Made by a program: the position numbers and the translations under genes | Source of the DNA: Antedon mediterranea | Lineage: Eukaryota; Animalia; Echinodermata | NCBI RefSeq assembly: GCF_964355755.1 | Contig: NC_092670.1 | Span: 13,502,795-13,566,794 of the forward strand | DNA length: 64,000 bases | Direction of reading: 5' to 3' | The notes under the pieces: generated by a model | The model's database searches: none | What the model saw: the letters and a program-made list of their open reading frames with translations, nothing else | What the model was told of the DNA's origin: nothing | Part shown: positions 1 to 13,300 of the stretch, piece after piece | Numbering within the stretch: the stretch's first letter is position 1 | Layout: each line of letters begins with the position of its first letter

Positions 1-3000
1 TTGCCCATGGCCTACACGTTGTAGCTTAAATATGCCTTTTCTTACATTAGTTTATGAATTTCATTTCCTTTCCTCATTTTGTCATATCCCATTAGATACA
101 TTAAAACTAACATTACCACTTTGTCCTCGATCATAAATTCTCTCGATTTGACTAATTTCTTACAATTATATATGTTTTATACTTAGGAGCTGATCGGAAA
201 TTCTCGTAAAAAACGATTTTTTCAATCCAAGATATAGTTGGGATCAGCTCAAAAACTCTAGGTAATAATCGGTTTTGAAATGTGTATGATTAAGGTATAA
301 TATATTGTTTTTTTTAAACAAAAATATATAAATTGCACTATTATTAATGCTAACAATAAAACGATAAAATACGGTAGTACGTTACGATTCCCACCAACTT
401 TTGTAGCTTTAATAAAGGTATTCACTTTCTGCAAAAATAAATAATGTGAAAGCGTTTGTGTGTTACCTTGATTTACATCGGTATCGGAAAACTCTTTTCA
501 AGGCGTTATATACACCGCGACAAACAGCGTGTGAAAGTACCCCACAATAATAATGGATTGATTATTGAATCGATACATTCAATATGATATAACATAACTT
601 CAGCATATTTACAGCTTGGTCCACTTGGACGTGACGAGTAAAAACTTGAGTTGACCAATGACAAGCGATATAGTCCACTTGTGATTGGTTAAGTTACTTG
701 CGTTACGCTTTGTCTTTGTGTTCAACACAAACTGTTTTATTCTAGTTATTATTAGGTTACAGTTACAAACTACTTACTACCGTACCTTATAAAACTCGAC
801 GGAAGTTTAAATATTCTGCTTACAAATGACTAGCGTTTATCTCACAACTGACAAGGCCTGTAGAGAGTTTTTTTAATAAATACAAACAACCCACTTACCG
901 TTTAACGTCACATAATGCTCAAGCAACTTAACTAGCGTCCTTTACCAAAGCCTTCGTTGGTTTTCTGATTTTACCACCTGCGTTCACTCGAATATGAAAA
1001 TGAGATTAACACTTGTTGCCATACGTTCAATGATGCGTGGTTTTCTAAAAAAGAAATACAAAACTTGTTAAAACTACTGGTCAAACAATGCGAAAACGTA
1101 TCGACCCTCTCCGCCTGGGCTGACATAAGAAAACAAGAAACTTTTAAGATATGAAACAAAATATATAAGACTCACTAGGACAGCTCCACCATGATTGTGG
1201 CTGAGCTCGGAACATTTTGGAAAAATTGAGCCCCTTTCCGAGCCTTTGCCACTGTGTATAGCCTCGAGTGGATATTTAGGCCTAAAACTATATTGATATT
1301 TTTAAATAATTAAAATTACGATTGTGGGGTTTAATACGTTGCAGAAATGTATGTGATCAAAACAATTTTAAGACGCGCATATCATACAGTAATAATAACA
1401 TTTATAGGCCTAAATGCTATATAAAAACTATGAGAATGGAAAAGCCGCTCTAACCCGAAATAATTTCTACAGCCTGGCAATAAATTGAGAAATATGTGTA
1501 TCTATTATAAATATACATTTGGTTTCTTTCCGTTCACTGAGATGACAGAATATTCATATTCAGTTTATTGCTGTGATCGCAAGCTTTTAAATTCACTGAC
1601 CTATACTTTATAATGGATTTGACATTTTATTGAATGACAGTCTATCGTTGATGTTTAACGAATAATATATCATAACTTTAACATTAGACAATATCTTATT
1701 AAAGATCGTATACCATCTTATACGTTTTACCTAGCCGTCGTTAATAGTCACGTGATCGGATTTTGTTCAATGCAGACTCCATGTCTGCAAATTTGAAAAA
1801 TTAAAGATATATATTTATAGATTTGTAATTAAGGAAATGTTCCTTAGTTTATAGTTTATAATCTTTGTGAAAGCAGAAGGTTTGTAAGTCCCAACAAGTA
1901 CATCTTGAGATCGTTAATAACACTTTGAAGTCAAGTGTAAAATGCATGCAATGTATCGACAACAAGACGCTTCTTGATATCAATAATGTAATACTTTCGA
2001 TGTGTTCTTATTTTCTATTTGCGCTATAAACAAGAATATCTCTCTGCCGGACGAACAGGCCCCCACCAACCAACATAACCCGAATTTACAAAGCTTTATA
2101 TTATTCTAGTATAAATTATGTTTTGAATTAGGAGAACTACATTCTACGTTAAATGGTTCTCACACTATGACGTAACACAATGACGTAGGGTAAGCACACC
2201 CAAAAGTTCAGATAGTCTATTGCTTGTTATTTGATGGTAACAAATCCTAATGGGAACGTAGTTTAAATTGTTCACACTAATAAATATGTCGGAATATGTT
2301 GGGTTCATTAAACGACCGTTTTTATTAGAAAAAAAAACATAGAAAACAAAATCATTTGTGTCTCATTTTCGACGCTTATTGTGCAGAGATATACAAAACA
2401 AAAACATATTTTAGCGACCTAATTTTGCTCTTGGAAAATAAATACAAGTTTTATAGATTATCCAGTAGGCCTACATAATCCAATTTACAGCATATCAGTG
2501 CAAACACAAGGTTCGTCTGAATTAATGTTTCAGGCCTATTTTACACTAACGTGACATTTTTAACAATCTAGTTTTGGCAGTTTTGAAATAGGTCAGTAAT
2601 GCATTATTGAATAGACTATTGTATTAATACTATTTGAGTTGAATCGCCCAATCAACCATCAGCATGTCACAGTTTCTTAAGTATGTTAAATTTATCTCCT
2701 CCAACAGCACTCTGATTGTCATCATTATTTTGTCGTTTTTACCCTAAGATTTTAAATAAGTAATCCATCACTGTAGATTTTAATTAAATCACATTATCAC
2801 TTACATTTTTATTATATAAAAATATCACCAATTATAATTTAAATACATGCCTAATCAAATGTAACAACAATATGTACACGGTAAGTCATGTGTAATAACA
2901 CAGACGGTTATTGCTCTTAAAAACCAGGTACTTTGTCCTGCGATGTTTTTGCATATACATCGTCCAATGTTAACGTTATGCACTTTTGTAGCGTTTTTAT

Positions 3001-3505
3001 TACGTAAACCACCAATCTGTTTGAATGATGCATCGCGTATCGTGATTGGTCAAATTAGTTGCAGCGTGCTTACGTAGGCTACGTCCTTGCATTGCGCTTA
3101 AGCGGGAACCAATACTTCATATCTATAAATAAGTAACGCATTTTGGCGTTAATTTATGTCCACATACTGTAAACTTTAAACATTTTACCAGTGATTTATA
3201 TGTTTAATTTAGCAACCATTCAGTTTCCTGTCGGTGGTCAGTTATCTTGTTGTTGGATATAAACATAATATTATGTCGGAATTCGTATAAATCTTGCACT
3301 TTTGCAAGTATAAAATAATTATCACTAAAATACGATTACCATTATTAATTGCTCGAAGGAAGATATATACTGTACGTAATTTATACAATTTGAACCGTTC
3401 TAATCCATCACTCCCAAGATTTACTGTAGGCGGCTATTACGAATCTTATTATCAGCAGGTGATGGTTTTTGTACGGGGATGTAGGCATCTCGCTTGCGTC
3501 CTTAC

Positions 3506-3908
3506 TATTCATAAGTTTCCGCTTCCATTTCCACAATGCCAGCGCCGAACGTCTCCATGGTCGCATTGTTTTGTTCAGAATACATCGTTCATCCTATAGA
3601 AAGTCGAAACATTTAAATTATTATTATTATTTTATAATCAATCAAGTTTATCATTTCCAAGAAATCAATAACTATAAATAGATTTAATTTACCATGTTTT
3701 TTTTTTAAAGCAATACATATTGAATTCAAATGATTCCAATTTCAACTTTTTTTTATTAACACTTCGTGATATATCACTGTGCTGTTATTACCTTTGACCA
3801 TTGACGTTAGCTATGAAAGTCGACAAATAATACTTCACAAAAACAACCAACACAATGATTAATAAATCGAATGTACGTTCTAAGGGTTATTTACTAAGTG
3901 CATAATAT
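3506..3908 (+). repeat. ~400-bp direct duplication, copy 1
   Basis: Near-identical to 6893-7327 (TATTCATAAGT..CCGCTTCCATTTCCACAATGCC ... ACTAAGTGCATAATAT). Confidence 0.9.
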
Positions 3909-6892
3909 CTCAGAAAATAGGCTGCAATGAAGAAAACATAAAAGCAATAACTTAGTGAACTGTATTTTCCAAGCACGTAAAGGCAATGTTTTCCACAAAG
4001 AAGGACAAGTGCAAGCGTGCCGCAGAAGAAAATATAGAGTATATGCCTACCTAACGTGGTATATTAAATAATTCCAAGGCGCAATGGCTATGAGCGCTCA
4101 CTGGCTAAACCAACTTCCCCCAACGTGCATTATGAGTGCTAAACCAGGGGCCCTGTCCACTGTTTGACGCCACTGAATAAGTTGCCTGTTGGGTAGTTAA
4201 AACTGGCCAAATAGTTTAGCCCTATTTACTTGCAGTTTCGGTGCTGGTCTTTTTAGGAAAGTTGGTGGTTCGAATTGACCACCAGGCATCGGGCTGGTTT
4301 TCGTTTCAGCTCAATTCTATATACTTTCTAATTTTCTACGCGTTTAATTATTTGATTTGAAATTTATGCAGATTACTTCCTGATATATCTTATACTTAAA
4401 TTTATTATATTTCATTAGAATTAGAGTTAAGTATACTCTCATTATTTTCGGATATATTTCTGGTAAAATAATTAATTAATTTTATGATACAAATATTATG
4501 TATATAATAGTACTGTGAACTGCACAGATGTCACAGTTTCATATTCATTAGCTATTTTATAGGCCTACACTTTTGATTGGGACGCGACGTATGAACAATG
4601 ATGGTATAGCATGTTTCCTGCTGAATTACCTAAATGCAATCATGTTCAATCATGTTTCATTGAATTTTAATTAACAAGAATGGAAATTGGATCAATCTTT
4701 TGATTAATTATTAATTTTAAACATTATGCCACGCAAGTAATTTGACCAATCACGACTGAATAGACCATCCGAACTGTCGCTTGTGATTGTTCAATTCACA
4801 TACCTAGTTGCGTTGCGTTAGAGTCAATGTTGTTTTACACCCTATTGTGAACCAAGCAATACAGTGCACTTTGCTAATACAGGATAGATTTGGCTATTTC
4901 CGTCAAATCCTGTATTGACCCATGGAGAGATAAACTCCTCCAGGATTGTCCAGACTAACCATACTAATCCTACCTTTCCTTTTTAACAAGTAAAGGATTC
5001 CCTTGAATTAATTAATTATCTCCAATTCGAGAAAACTGGTTGTACAAAATATTTTCTTAATTGTGTTTGTTAATTTACCGCAAACAAATACAATTAAAAG
5101 AATTCATAAAATACACAATACAAGAAGATTTATTTAAATAAAGATAAAGGTTGGAGTGAAAATAAGAACATCATAATATTATTATTCATGAGTGTTTTTC
5201 CTGTCATCAGTAATACAAAATTTGTTCGGAAATTAAAAAAAAGAAAGTCAGCACCCCTATTTTTCAAATTGACTAGTCCCGTATTCGTTTTGCCTGGAAT
5301 TTTGTTAGAACACGTCAGTTGGGCTTAGATGGCAGTCCTAGATCATATGTGTGTATCTACACATTAGATATTAGTTATTCGATGAATATTACCTAGTGAC
5401 ATTGAGAAATATTAAAGACGAAACTGCAATTGAAAAAACATCTTCAGAGATTGCGATGTAATACGTTAATTGACATTTTGAATCTGTAAGTTATACCTTA
5501 ATATTATTTTTAAAATATAAGAATATATAATATAATTATTATTACACGCGTTTCCGATTAATTAAATATGAAACAACTTTTCCAAGTGTATACGTTAGTA
5601 GAATTGCCATCGTCAATCAACTATTTAATTACTTTCGCATTTCTTCCCCATTTCATTTTTCTTCCAAAGTTTACAAATGTGATGTATGTCTGGTCACTCC
5701 CAACAATTATTCGAGTTATCAATGCAATGTAAAGTAAGCGCTTTATTGGGTCCCAAATTTGTCCGCTTAAACAAAATTGAAAAGAAGAAGATTGTGATGG
5801 GATTCTGTGGAAGACATACTATTTATTTATATTTACCGTTATTTATTTATTTATTTGAGAACGCCTACTCGATTTCCAGTGCTGTATATCCGCATTGCCC
5901 ATTATCATATAGGACTATTCGGTAATACAGCATCCCATATTTATCACATACGGGTGCCTGTATAACGTAGGAGATACATGTACGACACATGTGACGTTGT
6001 ATTACCAAAGATTAATATGAAACTGGAGAAATCGAGATACATCACCGAGAATCGGGTGAGACGCCAGACACTCACAACAAATATACAACACAGACCAAAA
6101 AAAAACAAAATTCAATTCAATTGTGACCACTTTATCCCAATTCTCTCCTAGCATATCTATAGTAAGTATACACATGCCGTAATTTATGTAGTATCAAAGG
6201 CAAAATCATCAAATAAAAAGTACAAAATCACACGTGGAGAACAGATTATTATTATCTCCAAAGATACTCGAAATGCTATGTAAGGCACAAAATACTACAC
6301 TTTCATTCATTAAAATGTATTTTTCTTAATTTTAGTTTAATATTAATGTTATAAATTTGTAGGTATTTTTCAAAAAATGATTTAAATAAAATAAAATCCT
6401 ATCAAGTACCGTAAACTAACATACATTTCAGTAACAATAATTAATTGCGATATTATTAGATATCGTTGATTTTTAGGCATAAAAGCAGGCCTTTAATGCT
6501 AATGTAATGTTTACATAATGTTTATTAAATTAATTTTACAAAGGTTGATCCAATTTCTATTCAAATTAAAATTCATTGAAAAACATGATTGCATTTAGGT
6601 AATGACATTATTCTTATTATTCTGTATTATGAAATTACATTAGGACTTTTCTGGACGAATAATATTTACAACAATCAGTTTTTTTAAATTTTATAACGTT
6701 ATGTTCAATTTCATGTTTTTGTAATAATAACTCCTATACAGAACTAGAGTATAGTTACGTTCATTATAATATTTTATACTTTTTAACGTAAGCCTAATTA
6801 TCTGGCAAAAAATTAATGATGTTGAAGTGTAACTGAGTAACTGATTGTTATTGCCAACAAAACAACATAAACATATCATTGACAAAAGCTAA

Positions 6893-7327
6893 TATTCATA
6901 AGTGTCCGCTTCCATTTCCACAATGCCAGCGCCGAACATCTCCATGGTCGCATTGTTTTGTTCAGAATACATCGTTCATCATATTAGAAAGTCGAAACAT
7001 TTATTATTAAAATTATTATTATTATTTTATAATCAATCAAGTTTATCATTTCCAGAGAAGGAATCAATAACAACTATAAATAGGCCTACATTTAATTTAT
7101 TATGTTTTTTTTAAAAAGCAATACAATATTGAATTCAAATGATTCCAATTTCAACTTTTACAAAGTTTTTTTATTAACACTTAGTGATATATCACTGTGC
7201 TGTTATTACCTTTGACCATTGGCGTTAACTATGAAAGTCGACAAATAATACTTCACAAAAACAACCAACACAATGATTAATAAATCGAATGTACGTTCTA
7301 AGGGTTATTTACTAAGTGCATAATATT
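6893..7327 (+). repeat. ~430-bp direct duplication, copy 2
   Basis: Near-identical to 3506-3908, with small insertions. Confidence 0.9.
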
Positions 7328-7496
7328 TAGTTATAAGAAACTAATAAAAGCTTAACACCAACTTATAATAAACGCATAAGAAATAGTATAATTAAGAAAT
7401 ATGCTATGTTTTAAAATAACGTATTTTAAAGTGTAGGTAACTTAAGAACCCACTGATTGGTAAACAAACATGTAAATTTCTAATCCCAGACCACAC

Positions 7497-8340
7497 ATTC
7501 ATTTCATTTTATTTTTTCATTTCTTTATTCGACAACAAGCGGTCCAGGGATTGCGACAGCAACAGAGCGCCATAACACATTTGTGTCCGCAATCCCTGTA
7601 ACATACAACTTAATACAAGTTAAAAATGAATATAAAATATACAGAATATATAAAAAATTTAATTAATTTGTATTACTGTATTACACAATTTAAAATACAC
7701 CTATACAATTAAAATAAATCTAGCGTTGATCAAGCAGATATTTTTTCAATTTCGACAGGAAATTTTTCAAAGGAAGAGTAACTGCTTGATCTTTGATTAT
7801 GGAGGGTAGTGATGACCATATAACAGGAAAATTGTTGATAGACGAATATTTTAAAGTATCGGTACGTGCAAAAGGGTGGACAAATGTGAGTAATTCAGGA
7901 TGGCGTTGATTGATATGGATATTGTTATTTACAGTACTACAAAAAGTTACATTATAAAAACAACGAAATATAAAGAAAATTAAAATCATTAAACGTCTAT
8001 CACGTAAGGATAACCAACCCAAAGTTATTAAACGTTCGTCGTATGATATAGGTCCGCAGTGGGGTCCCAGAATACGTCTAGAGGCCCGTCGTTGAACCTG
8101 TTCGAGGCGTTTTATGTGTCCTCCATTTCTGGGGCCCCACGCCGGCAAACCATACTCTAGAATAGGTAGCACCAAAGTTTTGTACAGACACGAAATCGCG
8201 TCTGGAGAACAATTTCCAGCTACAGAAAAAATAAAGTCTAACATTCGATTAGCTTTAGATATTAGATTATCGATTTGAACATTCCAATTCAGTTTAGAAT
8301 CGATATGTACTCCTAAATGTTTATGGCTATCAACCATAAT
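7497..8340 (-). mobile_element. 3' fragment of a CR1/L2/Jockey-group LINE (RT C-terminal region, 3'UTR, tail)
   Basis: ORF 7720-8337 has HKHLGVHIDSKLNW, LYKTLVLPILEYG and LEQVQRRASR; AATAAA with a degenerate (TGAAA)n tail at ~7497-7530; 3'UTR inverted repeat 7545-7555/7588-7598. Confidence 0.9.
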
Positions 8341-8835
8341 TCATTATTTCAGGTGATATAAGAAAAATCAAACGTAAACAATCCGTAAAGTACCAATAGT
8401 TAAACGCGTCACTATCGAAATTTGCGTCGCATTGAGACCTTACAGATGCCGCCGTGGCATTATTTGATTTTGTTCTTCTACAAAGTTTAATGTTTCGACA
8501 CAGCATTTTTTCATCGTATCAGCGGTCATTCTAATTAGCGATCCATTACACGGTTGCTAATGGTTTTGTTTACAGGCTTTAGTACAGTAACTAAAGTCTC
8601 GCTAACGGTTTTATAATGTTTCTAATTGAATTCAAGTCAAAGGATCGCTGTGGTTGTTTAATGTCTTGTAAGCTTCTTGAAACCAATGTTAAAAACATCA
8701 CGAATATGAATTCAAAAGTAAACAAGACGAGAACAAACAAAAAACCCAATTCAAACATACTGTATTCTTTATTTTCTCAACTGCATTGCTTGTTTTTGCA
8801 AACGAGAGGGCAATCCACTAAATTTGGTTTCACAA

Positions 8836-8990
8836 AGCTTTGTTTTCACTACAACGCACAGTAAGGACGTCGTAGCAAAATTGAATTTACCAATCACAAG
8901 TGAGAGTTCAATTAATCTATCGCTTTTGATTGGTCAACTCGTTTGCGTGCGTACTTCCTTGCGTTGTGTCCTATTGGGAATCAAGCTTTA
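8836..8990. mobile_element. Short palindromic MITE family (AAGCTTGGTTCC...GACCAATCAC..GTGATTGGTC...GGAACCAAGCTT), representative copy
   Basis: Diverged copies at approx. 613-725, 3009-3113, 4729-4857, 8836-8990, 10815-10920, 12530-12640, 19130-19235, 21415-21552, 26607-26765 and 29913-30040. Confidence 0.75.
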
Positions 8991-10145
8991 ATCTTCAGAA
9001 CTGAATCCCATGTTTAATAATAATAGCATACAAAATTATAAATAAATAATGCGATAATGTGGTGAGTTATGCAACGTTGATTAATATGATAGTGAAGTCC
9101 AACTTGTACAAAACATATACAGTGAAAACTGTACATGCTAATCACGTCAACTTAAATCATTGTTTCCATGTGATGCAACAATCATCTTGAGAGACTTGTG
9201 TTTTAACGACTTTTTTAAAACTACATTAAAATTTTTTTTTAGTTCAGAAACAATAGACTTTAGACAGTTAGCTATACCTTTCCATATAGTCTCTATAGCC
9301 TATTAAGCATGTTTGTAACGTTTAACAGGCCTATCACACTTACATTATTGTGCAAGTGCGATTTGCGTAAGTTCATTTATTTACCCCATTTATTTATGTT
9401 TTTGTTTATTTGTATTCACTTATTATTTTAGGTCACCAACTTGATCGAATTCCGCTTGTTTGGTCTTTCATTCGTTAACTTTAACAGCAGCGCGAGGGCA
9501 GTGCAAAACTCCGAGACAAAAAGGAAGCACACAAATCTTAACTGGATGGACACCGGTGGGATGGAATATGTCATCATTGAATGACAGAAACGATTATGAA
9601 TATAAAAAAATTAGGCAGCAACATCATCATATTTACATAACAAATCAAGACACAGTATTTGTATTATAAGCTAAATTGGGCCGCCCAACAACATATAATT
9701 AGATAATCGTGTAATATAATAAAGATACCATACAGTTTGTTAATTCCACCCGGGGTACATAAATGTATATAAAATTACTGAAAATCACATCAAACTTAAA
9801 AGGTATAAACTTAATTAATAAGAAGGTAAATAAAAAGCACATTACAGATAAAGCTGAGGGCACACGCCAAAACCCCGACTGAAAGTAAGTGTTACCACCC
9901 AGATGCAATTTTTTTGTAGCAGTAAGGCGCCATGCTCAACATACAAAAAATCAGGACACACATTCGTATCACGGAGGAAGGAGCCATATGCTCGACATCC
10001 TGAAGAAAGTCAAAGCGTGAATGATTGAACCCGAATATAACTTTTGACTGCACAGATGTTTCATCCTGCCAATGAAAAATGTTGTTTTGTGTTCGATAAA
10101 TAAATGTGAATGAAATAATATACTTGTATGTTTTTGTATTATTAG

Positions 10146-10314
10146 GCCATAGAATTCACATCTGAGATGGTTGCGGTGACAGAGGAAACATTTTTTGTGA
10201 CTGTTGATACCATTGATACCAATGTAAGCTACAACAACAACAACGAACCGTTAGAAGCTATGAACTGGGATCGCTTTTTGTGTATTTTCAGTCATTTTAG
10301 CTTCAATGATACAG
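10146..10314 (+). CDS. GPCR exon: N-terminus and first extracellular-domain Cys
   Basis: ttattag|GCC...ACAG|gtaggt; [56 protein letters not shown]; phase 1 end matches next exon. Confidence 0.75.
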
Positions 10315-13300
10315 GTAGGTAGGTAAGCACAGTGACGTTTAAAAGGCCAATTATCATCAACACGTATGGGGTAAAACATGCTATCTTCCGACCAATGTGT
10401 TATTGGTAAACCACTACGCATTCGTTTTCCTCCCAATATGTTACGACACGTTGTCATACACCTTGTTGTAGCTATGTAGGCCTACATGCCTACGGCATAC
10501 AATTATGATTCTCATGTTCGTTACCGTGAATCTCGTTTTCCCGTTACTGAATAAGCTAGACCACTTCACAGGACAGAAAGACGGTACCGTGTACACGCAA
10601 CAATCCAGTATAGGTTCTAGACTGTGTTTCAACATACTAGTAAAAATATGACTATGGCACATATGGCGTTTCATAGTATAACTCTTGAGCACGCACAGTT
10701 GCCAGACAAAATCGAAACTGACTGAACGTGAACTAACATACGATATAGATATTAATGTACCATGAACCTAATTCATAGGTCCATCAATATCTAAAAAATG
10801 CATTAATTTAGCTTGACATCCAAATGATGGATTATACGAACTTTCGCTTGTCTTTGGTCATTTTACTTGCGTTGCGCGTTTGTCTTTGCCTTTCGTCATA
10901 ATAATTGTGAACCAAGCTTTATGATCCGCTGAATTGCAGAATACGGTTATTATTAATATATGTATCTCTTCGGAGATCCCGCTTCGTGAATAAAAATACT
11001 GAAAGATGAGGGCGTATCAATTTGATCTCTGTTGCGCGTGCGTACAACTGAGGACTAGTGCTGTTCCGCCGTACCACGCCGATAATTTTAAAGAGTTGCT
11101 ATCCAATCGAGTTTGAACAATACCATGAAAGCCCCAGTGGTCCAATGGTTATGGAAACTGCATATCAAGCAGACGGTCCGAGTTCGAGTCTCGGTTGGGG
11201 CGACTTTTTCTCATTCTCACAGATTTCCTCATCGTTCCAAATTAATTAATTAAATTTCAGTATATCACCGGGCGGTTTAGAATTAATGTTCGTTGCCTAC
11301 TGTGTTTATATTGTTATATAATCAACTGGATTATATAGTTTTTCTATTCCTCTTTCTATTAACCATGCATTTGGCAAGCCGATGCATTCATTCCTCACTT
11401 GATTTGACATAAATTAATGATTCGAAAAACAATGTATCGCTATAACGAGACAGCATGCTTAATGTGGAACAATATATTGTAAAGTAATATTGCATTAAAG
11501 ACAATCTTTTTGAAAAGTGATCTTAGATGAGGAATTAAAGTCCATGGTGTACAATTACAATCCTCCGACTTTCATATATTTGTGAACCATTCTTTCTGCG
11601 TTAAGTTAAAAAATATATAATCGAATAATTACAATACGGAGTTGTATCTAGATGACTGTCAATAGACGGTTAAGATATACCTAGAGACAGCCACAGAATC
11701 TGGTGGTGAATGATTTTTCTAAAACTGCAACAAGCATTCTTTGTTTGTTACTAACAGTTGGTAGACAGATTATCCGTTGTTGGAATCTTTTCTACATCGT
11801 ACCACAACGTGTAAGCCTAAAGTTTACTGACTATAACATTATAGGCAGAGGTTGTATCCTCCATGGGTTTGACGACACAGTAGGTACTGTTACGTACACT
11901 ATTTCTTGTCGAATGACTAAATCAATCGTGACTGATGAATGTGTGTGAATGTTATGCCTAATTTCAGTACAATCAAAATCAAAGTGTTTTTAAATTGTTC
12001 CGCGTTGTAATGTATATTTTGTATAGGGTATGCGTCAATTATTTTAAATGTCCTGAAAAAAGCTGTACCGTGTTTTTATACGTTTAAATTGAAAACTGAA
12101 CAATGTCCTCATTCGGAATCTAAGCACGTCGGCTTTGTGCCGACAACTGAATGAGTTACACGATTAAGTCCTAACTGTTTTATGTATAAAATGAATTTAC
12201 ACAGCACGCATTATATTAAAATCAAATCAGAAAACATAACCAGTATGCCCATAAATTATAATAATACTCTAAAATAAGCTCAGTTTAAAAGATAAAAACA
12301 GTTCACTTTCTAGATAAGCTGTATTTTAAGTCTGAATATTGACATTTTATTAGATCATCAGCAATAATTTCTAATACTATGCAATATTAAAAGGGGAAAA
12401 ATTTTTCATGAGTTTAAAAATGGACTGTTCTATTTAATAAGCAAAGGCGAGTTGGATGGGATAAAATAACGCGCGGCGGAGAACGCAAGAACTAACCGTC
12501 AACTTAAATGTGTTTACAGTAGGACAAAATCGCAAAGACGTATGTCAATGCAACTTTTGACCAATCACTAAACGAACTATGATAGTTGATACCTGCTCGT
12601 TGAAACGGATATCTTGGCGTTGCGTCCAAGCGGAAACTTCGCTTTACGTTTGTTGCACAGCCGATTCTCGGTACTGTATCTATTTCCGAAGTATCATAAT
12701 AAATATTTGGTATTACCAAGTATTTCTATGATACTTAAGACATAGTTAGTATGTCGAGATTCATCACTGGCAATCACTTATAGCAGCTAATTAATAAAAA
12801 ACTACACTTTAGAAGAAAAAAAAATTACCGTATTTATTTAAATAAACGAGGGTGGTGTTTATTCGGGGAAGGAGTTTACTTTATTTGGGTATACTAATTA
12901 TGGTAACATGTAGGCTATAATCAAATCATCATATGAAAAATACAACATAATTAATATCGTGAAATGATAAAATACAGTCAAAATTGTATCAAAATGCTTG
13001 GTAACACGTCAATCAATGAATTATACTACAAAAATGGTGTTATAAAATACGGTGTATATGCATGTGGCGGGACGTTTATTCGAGGAAATAAATAAAGACC
13101 CCGGGGCATTTATTCGAAGGGGTGGGGTTATTCAGAATGATGATATATGGGTGGAGGCATTTATTTGAGGAAGGCGTTAATTCAAAGCGGGGCCTTTATT
13201 CGAATACATGATGTATCTTTGTTTCTGTAGGACTAGATCTATATTGTGGAGCTGACTGGGATGACGTCAGGTGCTGGCCTCCAACAAAAGCTGGACATGT

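Noticed and set aside
3294-3681. Overlapping 101-aa and 70-aa ORFs
   Set aside because: No recognisable domain, non-ATG starts, and the frames are not preserved in the duplicate at 6893-7327.
9860-10035. Possible reverse-strand SINE remnant (B-box-like GGGTTCAATC)
   Set aside because: Too degenerate to support without a repeat library.
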